From Candidatus Cloacimonadales bacterium (GTDB lineage: Bacteria; Cloacimonadota; Cloacimonadia; Cloacimonadales; DAONDQ01), in assembly GCA_963662275.1 (NCBI GenBank), contig OY759316.1, forward strand, positions 2,880,001 through 2,944,000: DNA of 64,000 nucleotides, given 5' to 3'. Every line of letters begins with the position of its first letter. The stretch's first letter is position 1. The translations under genes and the position numbers were made by a program. Positions 40,893 to 50,168 of this stretch are shown in pieces. Below the pieces are notes generated by a model. The model did no database searches, had not been told where the DNA came from, and was given only the letters and a program-made list of their open reading frames with translations.

Positions 40893-41090
40893 TTTGGAGT
40901 TCAAATGCCCTAAACAAATTATCATTGAATACTTAACTAAAAGGGCATTCGGACTTCAAACCCGACCTTTCATCCTCGGTAGCGAAAACCTGTTTTCATG
41001 AAGTTCAGAATCTAATTGTAGGAAGTTTGAAGTCCACACATCCTGAAGTCACTTATCTTTGATGATCTCGAAGGATGAATGAACTCCAAA
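40893..41090. repeat. Inverted pair of TTTGGAGTTC...GGACTTCAAA long-loop hairpins
   Basis: Copy A 40893-40960 (+) and copy B 41026-41090 (-), between convergent genes. Five more copies occur in the window. Confidence 0.8.
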
Positions 41091-41103
41091 CTTCCAGAAC
41101 AAA

Positions 41104-41127
41104 GGGCGCACTTCCGTGCGCCCCTAC
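41104..41127 (-). repeat. GTAG-type REP hairpin just after the sppA stop
   Basis: Minus strand GTAGGGGCGCAC-GGAA-GTGCGCCC. A degenerate relative lies at ~56321-56344. Confidence 0.6.
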
Positions 41128-41131
41128 ATTT

Positions 41132-43567
41132 CTATTTATCCCATTGCTTTAAGTCAATTGGAGTCAGCATCAGGCATTTCTCGCCCTGGTACTGCTGCCA
41201 ATCGAGATATATCTTTTGAAGCATGTCCATTTCGGCTGGTAGTTCCACTTTGGGACCTAAAACACCAACGCCAATATTTATAGAAATGGCATTTCCATTG
41301 GCATTTGATGAATATTCAACCAGTTCAGCTTCACCTTTGCATTTGATGAGTTTCTTCATTTCATCCACAGCAGTCTTCATACCACCCAATTGATCGACTA
41401 AACCATTAGCTAACGCCTGGTTACCTGTCCATACGCGACCCTGGGCAATGGCATCGATCTCGTCAAATGTCTTACTACGACCGGTTGCGCAGACATTGAC
41501 GAACTTCTTGTAGAAGGATTCTGTCATAGCACGCATCATTTCAGTCTCTTCGGTTGTCGGTTTGCGTGTTGTGGAACCGAGATCAGAATGTTCACCATAT
41601 TTGATCGTTGACCAATTAATATGAATTTTCTTATACATGCGTTCTGCATGAAGACCAAGACCTGTTACACCGATGGAACCGGTGATAGTAGATGGCTCTG
41701 CAATGATCTTATTGGCAAATGCAGAAATATAATATCCTCCAGATGCAGCAGCACCGGACATGGAAACAACAACAGGTTTCGGGTGTTTGCCGGTCTTGCA
41801 TAATTTAACTTCATTGGCAATGATGTCAGATGCTTGTCCTGAACCTCCACCGCTATTCACACGCAGGATGATGCCATCGATTTCTTTGTCTTTACGGGCT
41901 TTCGCAATTGTTTCTGATAAAGTGACAGAGCCGATCGTTTTACCGGGAACGCTCTTACCCATCATAATATTTCCTGAGGCATAGATCACGGCAATTTTGG
42001 AACCAGGCATGATTGCCCAGTCATTTTTATAATAATCAGGAAGTTCCTTGGTCTTGTTCTTCCAACCGAAGTCTTTCTTCAAAACATCTTTCAACTGGTC
42101 TTCATAGATCAATTGATCCACAAGACCCAGTTCCACGACTTTGTCAGAATCATAATATGGTCCTTCATCGATAATCTGCTGCACAGGTTTTTTCAGCTTA
42201 TCGCCGCGTCCGTTCTGGATCATCTTCACATATTCCGCATAGAGATCTGATACGAAGGAAGAAAGTGCAATGCGTTCTTCCGGTGTCATTTGCTTTTCAG
42301 TAAACATATTGAAAGCTGATTTGTACTTATGGCTTTGATAGCTGACGAAATCGATTCCCAGGGTATCAGCCAATTCCTTGAAATATGGAGAATTGATAGC
42401 AATACCGCGCAGATCGATGGTACCAATGGGATTCAAATAGATTTTATCACCTATCGCAGCAGCGAAGGCATAACTCCCGTTTCCGATATTATCGAAATAG
42501 AAGACAACTTTTTTACCTTTTGCCTTGAAGGCTGTCAAAGCATCGATGAGTTCCTGGCGATGTGCAAAGGAGGCTGTAAAATTTGTATTCCTGAAAAGAA
42601 TCCCACCTATTTCAGGTTCATCAGAAACCTTTTTAATCGTCTTCAAGATATCCAGCATCGCTGTCTGTTTTCCGTCCACAATTGTGAATGGTCCGATCTG
42701 CATACCGCTTTTTTGATCAACGAGAGACTGTTTGATACCTAATTCATAATATACTGGCTTCTTCTTTCCATGAGTATTGTAACGGAACGCCTTGTCAGTC
42801 AATGAAACGTAGTCATAATAATAATTGTTGTTATCCTCTATGTGGTAACGTGAACCCGTTGCTGCTTTCTTACCGCGGAAGCTTAAATTCAAACCGTAAG
42901 TTTCGGTTTCGCTATTGTAGGAACCACCGAGCACTAAGCCATTGATCACTTCCGTGTTAGCACCGAAAATAGGCTTTTGTGATTTGTAATCAGCACCGTC
43001 TTTGAGGTAATTCATATCGGCTGTCAATTCAACACGATTGGAAACTTTCCCTTTCAGGATAAGCGGACGAATACCAACACCCATGCGATAAGAAGGTGAC
43101 ATTTCGTATGGATTGGAAAGGACGAAACCAAGGGAAAGAGCATTATGTGGTGCCCAGAGCCAGGAAGAACGAATATCACCATATTTCATATCCTTGTTTT
43201 TCCAATCATAGCCCATACCAATATACATATTGGGAATAGTCTTTCCAACTGAAAGATCACCACCAAAGGCTAGGGTGTTGTAATTCAGATGGTTGCTTTC
43301 CTTTTGAATCACATAAGCAAATTCACCTGTATTGATAAACACTGAATACGGATTCAGGTACTTGTCATCGCGATAAGGCTGAATAAATGTGATGCCTCCG
43401 CCGTTTTCACGACCCATTGCTGCAGGATTTACCAGCGGTGCCAGGTAATCATCCGTTGAAGCCACGGGTGCATCGTTATAGTTAAAAGAATGGAAAGATG
43501 TGCTTTGTGATTGAGCAAACACACATGTGAGGCTCAATACAAAAATCATAATTAGAATGTACTTCAT
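41132..43567 (-). CDS. sppA: Signal peptide peptidase SppA (S49) with an extra N-terminal ~280-aa beta-rich domain
   Basis: KYKSA, LRVNSGGGS, SMSGAAASGGYYIS, TITGSIGV, AQGRVWTG. Likely start ATG 43567 after AAGGAG. Confidence 0.88.
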   Translation of the reverse strand: MKYILIMIFVLSLTCVFAQSQSTSFHSFNYNDAPVASTDDYLAPLVNPAAMGRENGGGITFIQPYRDDKYLNPYSVFINTGEFAYVIQKESNHLNYNTLAFGGDLSVGKTIPNMYIGMGYDWKNKDMKYGDIRSSWLWAPHNALSLGFVLSNPYEMSPSYRMGVGIRPLILKGKVSNRVELTADMNYLKDGADYKSQKPIFGANTEVINGLVLGGSYNSETETYGLNLSFRGKKAATGSRYHIEDNNNYYYDYVSLTDKAFRYNTHGKKKPVYYELGIKQSLVDQKSGMQIGPFTIVDGKQTAMLDILKTIKKVSDEPEIGGILFRNTNFTASFAHRQELIDALTAFKAKGKKVVFYFDNIGNGSYAFAAAIGDKIYLNPIGTIDLRGIAINSPYFKELADTLGIDFVSYQSHKYKSAFNMFTEKQMTPEERIALSSFVSDLYAEYVKMIQNGRGDKLKKPVQQIIDEGPYYDSDKVVELGLVDQLIYEDQLKDVLKKDFGWKNKTKELPDYYKNDWAIMPGSKIAVIYASGNIMMGKSVPGKTIGSVTLSETIAKARKDKEIDGIILRVNSGGGSGQASDIIANEVKLCKTGKHPKPVVVSMSGAAASGGYYISAFANKIIAEPSTITGSIGVTGLGLHAERMYKKIHINWSTIKYGEHSDLGSTTRKPTTEETEMMRAMTESFYKKFVNVCATGRSKTFDEIDAIAQGRVWTGNQALANGLVDQLGGMKTAVDEMKKLIKCKGEAELVEYSSNANGNAISINIGVGVLGPKVELPAEMDMLQKIYLDWQQYQGEKCLMLTPIDLKQWDK

Positions 43568-43583
43568 ATTTTTACTCCTTTTT

Positions 43584-44522
43584 TTACTGTTGTATTTCAC
43601 GTTTTTGATAGATATAGGTTGCGATCACATAGAGAGCTGCGCAAATTAATAGCTTTTCCAGGATTTGCCAAGTGAAAAGCGTACTCCACATAGTGGATAA
43701 GAAATCTGCAGGGAGCCTGAATTGTGTTATATCTCCCATTTTCCCTTGTACTGCAGTAAATGCCCCGTATTTCTGCATTTGAATCTGTGTCGATAAATTA
43801 CCAAAACCTGACATAATGAATTTGAAAAATGAGCCAATAGGGGATGGTATTTTCAATCCCATAAGGTAATTCACGATCTGTGTGGCTATTTCAACTCCAC
43901 CTATTCCCAACATTCCTTTCCCAAAAGCGTTCGACTTAAATAATGAAGACAGGATAAAACAAATGGAACCAAGCAGCAGCAAGGCTACACTGATATGCAG
44001 GAAGCTAAGGATTAATCCGTTTAATGACATCCACCAATCGACACGAAGCGGAGTCGCTATGGTAGAAACGATATTCACTACGATCATGTTAATGAATCCT
44101 AGCGCAAAAGCTACAGCAAGTGAACCGATAATGCCAACCAGGTATCTTGAACCGGTAATCTGCCATACTGATACAGGCTGGGAACGATGGAACAGTTCAC
44201 ATTTATGCTGTATATCATGATTCAGTAACGTTGAACTGATCACCACCATGGAGATACCCACAACAACCCCAAAGAAACTCATGAACATGATTGCCTGGAT
44301 GGAAAAGGATATCATGGAATGAAAATCCATATTCGTAAGGAATGGTGCTGGAATATCAGCAAAATTCATATTGAAATTTGCATTTCCACCTGTATGCAAT
44401 TTGGCATAGATATATGCTGCTATCGAAAAAATGTAGATTCCTGCAAGAATATATACAGGTACAACCAAACCTTTTTTAGTAGTCCGATAGTCTTTTAAGA
44501 GTAAAGCTTGTAATGGACTCAT
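43584..44522 (-). CDS. ABC transporter permease
   Basis: Several TM segments and SQPVSVWQITGSRY. Start ATG 44522 overlaps the upstream stop (ATGA). Confidence 0.78.
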   Translation of the reverse strand: MSPLQALLLKDYRTTKKGLVVPVYILAGIYIFSIAAYIYAKLHTGGNANFNMNFADIPAPFLTNMDFHSMISFSIQAIMFMSFFGVVVGISMVVISSTLLNHDIQHKCELFHRSQPVSVWQITGSRYLVGIIGSLAVAFALGFINMIVVNIVSTIATPLRVDWWMSLNGLILSFLHISVALLLLGSICFILSSLFKSNAFGKGMLGIGGVEIATQIVNYLMGLKIPSPIGSFFKFIMSGFGNLSTQIQMQKYGAFTAVQGKMGDITQFRLPADFLSTMWSTLFTWQILEKLLICAALYVIATYIYQKREIQQ

Positions 44523-45364
44523 GAGCGACCTCCTACTTTGGCAAGGAACAGATCTACAAGCTGTGGTGCCGAATATTCTGCTTCCGGGACATCGATCTCT
44601 TCTGTAACGAGGGCATGGACATATCCCAGTCCTTCCCAAACCTGTAACGGATTATGCAGCATCAGGGCTGCCATATGTTCCCTTGGGACTTTCACTTCCT
44701 TGTATTTCTGTTTCAAAACTTCAATATCTTCAAACAGGACTACTTCTCCCTCATCAAGGAAGATAATGTCCTGGAGAATATGTTCCACTTCATCCACCTG
44801 GTGGGTTGAAATGATTATCGTTTTCGATTCATCAAAGAACTCACCGAGAATAGTATTGAAGAACTCCTTGCGGAATACGATATCCAGCCCGATAGTTGGC
44901 TCATCCAATAAGAGGAATTCCACATCGAGTGATAGAACAAGTAACAGGTACAGCTTGGTCTTCATACCTTTGGAAAGGTTTTTGACCTTCTGCTTCAAGG
45001 GCAGGTCACTCTTTTCCAGAAGTGCATCTGACTTCTGGTCATTCCAACTGGGATTGACACCTTTCACATACTGGATGGTCTGGGCAACGGTAAGTCTGTC
45101 ATCAAGGGCACTGACATCCGGGATGAAAGCAATCTTCTTGAATAAAAGTGTGTCGTTATGTTCGATAGTAGTTCCATGATAGAGAATCTCTCCCTGGTAT
45201 TTCAGGAAACCTAACATGCAGCGCATGAGTGTTGATTTCCCGGCACCGTTCTTTCCTAAAAGACCGATAATGCGTCCCTGGGGTATCTCAAGATTTACAT
45301 CCTTGAGTGCCTGTAATTTTCCGAAGTTCTTGTTAAGGTTCTTAATCTCCATGATTGCTGTCAT
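44519..45364 (-). CDS. ABC transporter ATP-binding protein (YtrB-like)
   Basis: GKNGAGKS, LSKGM, LLLDEPT, STH. Confidence 0.9.
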   Translation of the reverse strand: MTAIMEIKNLNKNFGKLQALKDVNLEIPQGRIIGLLGKNGAGKSTLMRCMLGFLKYQGEILYHGTTIEHNDTLLFKKIAFIPDVSALDDRLTVAQTIQYVKGVNPSWNDQKSDALLEKSDLPLKQKVKNLSKGMKTKLYLLLVLSLDVEFLLLDEPTIGLDIVFRKEFFNTILGEFFDESKTIIISTHQVDEVEHILQDIIFLDEGEVVLFEDIEVLKQKYKEVKVPREHMAALMLHNPLQVWEGLGYVHALVTEEIDVPEAEYSAPQLVDLFLAKVGGRS

Positions 45365-45737
45365 GTGCTTCCTCCGTAGTATACGTGGTTTTTATCATAT
45401 TTATAAATTCATTAAGAGTAATACCAAGCTGTTTTGCCTTATTAACAAAAACTTTTAATTCATAGTCAAGGAATTCTGTCACTTTTTTCCTCCTTAATTC
45501 GGATAATGCGTCTTTTGCGACGTAAAAACCAACGCCGCGCTGCTTTACTAAAATGCCATCATCCACCAATTCCGAGATGGCTTTCGAAACTGTGAGTGGA
45601 TTAATTGCGTATTGCTGTGCCAGCACTCGTATCGATTGCACCATTTCCTCTTCTTTCAAGACACCTGAAAGAATGGCATCCTCCACTTCCGATCGCATCT
45701 GCAGATAGATCGGCGTGGTATCGTTGAACTTTTTCAT
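45342..45737 (-). CDS. GntR-family regulator, YtrA subfamily
   Basis: PIYLQ...SIRVLA...INPLTVSKA...RGVGFYV with a short C-terminus, heading an ABC operon. Confidence 0.9.
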   Translation of the reverse strand: MKKFNDTTPIYLQMRSEVEDAILSGVLKEEEMVQSIRVLAQQYAINPLTVSKAISELVDDGILVKQRGVGFYVAKDALSELRRKKVTEFLDYELKVFVNKAKQLGITLNEFINMIKTTYTTEEAHDSNHGD

Positions 45738-45756
45738 AGCACCTCCTTTGTGTTGG

Positions 45757-45776
45757 TGTCATAGTCAAGTAATACA
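45757..45776. promoter_or_regulatory. Putative YtrA-type operator
   Basis: Imperfect palindrome TGTCATA-GTCAAG-TAATACA, 20 nt upstream of the GntR start. Confidence 0.6.
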
Positions 45777-46072
45777 GTACTACAAAAACAGTCAAGTTTT
45801 ATTTGAAAAAATATCTGTTTTTTTTTGAATACCCCCCTACCCGAGGGGGGGATTAAGGGGGGGTTGAAATCTGATCTGAGCTATTTGCTATTCCCTATTA
45901 GCTATTCCCTTCTTCAACAGTATCAAGGTTTCTTCAATAACTAAGAAGATCGAAGAGACCATGACAGTTAAAAAAGGTGCCAACCTCTTCAATATGAAGA
46001 ATAAATATATTGTCTTTATTCGAAATTTGGTCTGAATCTAGTATATCACAAAAAAATCAGTAAAAATATCTA

Positions 46073-46885
46073 TTACCTTAATCTATCATTTTGCATCGGG
46101 TGTTTCAGCATAGTAGAGCTTAGTCCAAATCCACTTCTCTTAGTCTCGTTGGTAGCTTCGGTGCGTGCGATAGTACATACAAGATTGTTTTGATATTCAG
46201 TAAAATTATACTCTGCAATTCTAATGATATAGTATAACCAATTCTCTACATTAACGCTAGAGGATGGTATTGAGTATGATCTTGCTGATCGAGGTACAAC
46301 AGATGAAAAATAATCATCATAATCAGAACTAAATAACCAAATTTCTGCTGTTTGTGTATGGCTATCTTTGTTTACATCCCAAGTAAGCGGAATTGCCTGA
46401 TTGGGATCAAGATTACTGGGAACTTGTAAATTATGTGGAAATTCCGTTACTGCAACAGAACAATCTAGCAAAACAATCTGGTTCCTTTTAAATATGACAT
46501 GAATTGAGGGTGTTCGATCCAAAGGTACAACATTATCATCATTGAAATCTAACAAAACCTGATTATCTATACTTGAAATAGAAACAGGAACTGATACATC
46601 ATTCAATACCAATTCGAAAACATCGTCTGCAGTAATATTATGTTCATTAATATCATTCGAATTGTTATTGGGAGCATGTGGAAATATATACATCATTGAC
46701 TTGTCCTTGGCAGATTCATGGATGAAAAGCTCTAAATCCCAATCATGAGAATTTACAAAATCTAAAAATTCTGTTAAGTTCGCAAAGTTGTATTTCCCGT
46801 TATTTTCATCATTAGCAGAGTCTTTATTACAAGCTACAAAGAAAAGCGATATACAAAATACTAAAATCATTATGACTAATCTCAT
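46073..46885 (-). CDS. Hypothetical lipoprotein
   Basis: MRLVIMILVFCISLFFVA-C lipobox-like N-terminus from ATG 46885, after AGGAG. Confidence 0.7.
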   Translation of the reverse strand: MRLVIMILVFCISLFFVACNKDSANDENNGKYNFANLTEFLDFVNSHDWDLELFIHESAKDKSMMYIFPHAPNNNSNDINEHNITADDVFELVLNDVSVPVSISSIDNQVLLDFNDDNVVPLDRTPSIHVIFKRNQIVLLDCSVAVTEFPHNLQVPSNLDPNQAIPLTWDVNKDSHTQTAEIWLFSSDYDDYFSSVVPRSARSYSIPSSSVNVENWLYYIIRIAEYNFTEYQNNLVCTIARTEATNETKRSGFGLSSTMLKHPMQNDRLR

Positions 46886-47140
46886 TATTATCTCCTGTAC
46901 ATTTACTATATACACATGAATATTTGTTCATTTTGCATTGTCAAGTAATAAATAATCCAGGGATAATTCTCTTACCGAAGCGGATAATGAAGGGCTACTT
47001 TCGAACTTTACATGAACGCTAATAGTTTGGAGTTCAAATTTCCATCTAATCACCTACGACTTCTCAAGTAATAGGAAATTCGGACTTCAAAATCGACATT
47101 TCTTTCCAGGAAGCGAAAACCTGATAAGCGGGTGATGTCC

Positions 47141-47190
47141 GAAACGCACGGGGTGCATTTTGCCACCTCACGGGGTGAGGCGTTCCGGTC
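47141..47190. repeat. Double-hairpin repeat GAAACGCACGGGGTGCGTTTTGCCACCTCACGGGGTGAGGCGTTCCGGTC
   Basis: Near-identical copy at ~56486-56535. Confidence 0.8.
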
Positions 47191-47221
47191 TTCTCTGCCA
47201 ATTCGTAATTCTTAATTGCTC

Positions 47222-48193
47222 TCACTCCTCTTTCAAAGCTACTTCATAAACACTAATCGTTTTGTCATTATAATTACAGGTTATCAGTCTGTTTCCAATG
47301 ATATCGACAATCCCTGATTTATTGAAATTCTCCTTCAGCAGAATAAATAGTCCCGTTATTTTATGTCCAAGAGTATCATAGACAGCTGCTGTTGCTGTTG
47401 GCTTCCAGGCATTGTTGACGGTATTGATTATAACAAAGTTCTGACCCGTAAATAACTGGTTCAAATGATCATTCCGGTGTCTTTTAATTGTGGATTTCCT
47501 CTCCCCTGTCCCTGCAAAGAAGCGTAGTAAATAGCTATCCTTCTTTTCCTCCACCATTGCCATTTGACTGTCCTTATTTGTATCTAGCAGGAAACCCCAT
47601 GAGAAAAAGCCTGCTTTGTTGCCTGTTCTCTCAAAAGATATTTTCCGCAAAGGCCATAACTTTCCTTCATATTCCCTGTACCAGGTCATGGAAGTGGTGA
47701 TTATTTCATTATTTGGCATACCAGCTTCAAGGATTCTCCAGTATCGATAATACATGGTACTATCATAATCTACTGCATCTCCATAAACTCCATCAGGAGA
47801 GAAGTAAGTGCTATCATCCAGAGTTCTTAACTGATTCATTAATTTACCCTGGATAGAAAATAGATTGATTCCTTCATAAGAACTCATTGCGATTTGTTTT
47901 TTACCATACAGATATCGAAACAGTAGCGGTTGCCTTCTGGTATAATCTACAGGTAAGTGAAAAGCATCTATACTGTTTCCCTGATAATCATAACAGAATG
48001 TCTTGATTTGAGTAGAATCAGCAGTATCGAGTACAATGATGATCGTATCGGCAACGCAGATTTCAGTGAAACTGGGATCAAAAGCAACTTCCTTTGCACT
48101 GAAAGTATTAATCAGTTTGGTTTCAAAGACAGGTTTTGAGAAAAGAAGTATGGATATAAAAATCCAGATCAAAGAAAGAACCAGCTTTTTCAT
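47222..48193 (-). CDS. Hypothetical secreted protein (possible beta-propeller)
   Basis: 323-aa ORF with a signal peptide and beta-rich composition. Confidence 0.65.
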   Translation of the reverse strand: MKKLVLSLIWIFISILLFSKPVFETKLINTFSAKEVAFDPSFTEICVADTIIIVLDTADSTQIKTFCYDYQGNSIDAFHLPVDYTRRQPLLFRYLYGKKQIAMSSYEGINLFSIQGKLMNQLRTLDDSTYFSPDGVYGDAVDYDSTMYYRYWRILEAGMPNNEIITTSMTWYREYEGKLWPLRKISFERTGNKAGFFSWGFLLDTNKDSQMAMVEEKKDSYLLRFFAGTGERKSTIKRHRNDHLNQLFTGQNFVIINTVNNAWKPTATAAVYDTLGHKITGLFILLKENFNKSGIVDIIGNRLITCNYNDKTISVYEVALKEE

Positions 48194-48285
48194 AATCTCT
48201 CCAAATTAGATTGTACAAAGTACTTACATGTGGTATCAGAATGAGAGGAACTATACATTCTACGCTTAAATGGAAACAATTTCAT

Positions 48286-48582
48286 TTACTCTGCAACTTT
48301 GTCGGGTCGTTTCTTAGCATTTTCTACCTGAACTGAATAATTTTCCTGATATTCAAATCCGAAATAGACATCATAGATGTTATTCTCAACAAAAAAGCTG
48401 TAGAATAACTCGCCAGCAAACTTTTCAAATTCAGGATTCGAAAATTCATAATCACTTCTATTATGACATATCTTTGTAGTTTGCGTTACTTCGTTATCCT
48501 GGAGCCATAAAAGCATATCAGGATATTGTGCTTGAAGGTCTTTCATAAATGAATCAATTAGCTTCTTTACTTCTGGTTTCAT
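48286..48582 (-). CDS. Small acidic hypothetical protein coupled to the HEPN gene
   Basis: 98 aa, ATGA overlap with the upstream ORF. Confidence 0.65.
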   Translation of the reverse strand: MKPEVKKLIDSFMKDLQAQYPDMLLWLQDNEVTQTTKICHNRSDYEFSNPEFEKFAGELFYSFFVENNIYDVYFGFEYQENYSVQVENAKKRPDKVAE

Positions 48583-48995
48583 CTGATCTCCAATGTTAGA
48601 ATGTTAGGAATCAAACCACCTTCAACAAGTTTTGTTAGAATACAATTGTATGTATTCCTGAATTTGTTCTGATAATCAGAAAAAGACATTAATTTGTCAT
48701 TGAAATAATCCGCTTGAACTCTCATTTTTACTAAATCATTGATGTAATGAATATACTGATAGTATTTTCTATCCATTTTCTTAAGTTCAGCTAATTGCTG
48801 TAATTCCATAGTTAATTTGTGAGTCCCACCAATTCTGGCATCTGGAAAATACAGATGATTAATCTCTAATTCAGATATCAACCGATTATGTAATGAATAA
48901 TAAAATCTACTTACAGCAACATCATAACATTTCTCATTTTCTGCATACTGAGCAATATGGAAATTTTGTTTACTTTTTTCAGTCAATACACTCAT
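48579..48995 (-). CDS. HEPN-domain protein
   Basis: AVSRFYYSLH, GTH and LVKMRVQADY match the all-helical HEPN pattern. ATG 48995 follows an AGGGAG RBS. Confidence 0.68.
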   Translation of the reverse strand: MSVLTEKSKQNFHIAQYAENEKCYDVAVSRFYYSLHNRLISELEINHLYFPDARIGGTHKLTMELQQLAELKKMDRKYYQYIHYINDLVKMRVQADYFNDKLMSFSDYQNKFRNTYNCILTKLVEGGLIPNILTLEIR

Positions 48996-49294
48996 AGAAT
49001 ATACTCCCTCTATAAAAATAGACAATGATACATTTCAAACCTAGCTGTCAATAAATTCGTTTTGACCATACTTTGTCATCGTGGCTTCTGACACCAAACT
49101 TCCATCTTCCATTCTGCAAGCTCTGCCTACAAGCTATCAGCTATAATCTTATGTATACCAATTCATAATCTTGTCATCCTCGATCTGATCGGGGATCGTA
49201 ATACGTAATTTACCCAAGCTTCGTACTTCGCACTTCGAGAGAGTTAGACTTCTCTGCGATGTCACTAAACTGCGTTTTAAATCATTGATAATAT

Positions 49295-49412
49295 GTAGAG
49301 CAGGACATTAAGATCGGTATCTTACTCCACACAGATAGCAGGACGGCATCCTACTCTACAACCGCGTAAATGCGGAGCTACAACAGGCAGCAGGATCGGC
49401 GTCCTGCTCTAC
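49295..49412. repeat. GTAG-type REP cluster (REPIN-like)
   Basis: GTAGAGCAGGAC at ~49295 is inverted relative to ATCCTACTCTAC (~49348-49359) and GTCCTGCTCTAC (~49401-49412). Confidence 0.6.
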
Positions 49413-50168
49413 ACTATTGCAACAGTGAAGTTTTGGCTGATATCCACAGCCCAAAAGAATATTCAAATGAGATATTGGGAGTAGTTCTCCGTGGTGACAG
49501 TTTGTAACACTGCATTGGGATAGTGATTTAGGAATCCTTTGAACTTACCGGCTTTCCGAGGATTCCACTTTATCTCATAAGCTGTGAGCTTGTTATCAGC
49601 CAGTTCGAGATAGTCTATTTCGCTACCGGTAGTGGAACGCCAGAAGTACTCTTTGTGGTATAATCTGAAGTGTCTGATGTCAACAGATATATGGCTATAT
49701 TTTAGATTATAATCAAATAATAATGGCTTAATAGTAGATTATACTCTACATTTTAGCTGTGCAACCTTTGTTGGTGTTCCTCTTGATGACATTTGAGAAG
49801 TTATGGCGGACAAAATGCATACGGATGGCTCTCCAATGAGAAGCTAATCAGCACCTAATCAGATCCTAATCAGTTCCTAACCAGCTCCTAAAGTATTTTA
49901 GATTTTCTTTAGCTTCTGATTAGCTGATGTTCCTTTCTTATGACTTGGATATTTAGTAGCCATGAGGGAGCGGTATGATTTGGGTGACAACAATGCAGTC
50001 AGGTACTGACGACAGGTAATAACGCTCGGATTTTAATCAGGCGAAATGTGCACAGCAGAAAACCAAGTACCCCTGTACGCTATAGATAGTAGTTATGTGT
50101 CGTCCTGATGGGACTGGACGCGTTGCGAATGCTCATCACCGGATTGAAATCCAGTGTTAATATCTTTC

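Noticed and set aside
49420..49830. Possible pseudogene or ncRNA in the long spacer
   Set aside because: No recognisable reading frame or RNA family motif.
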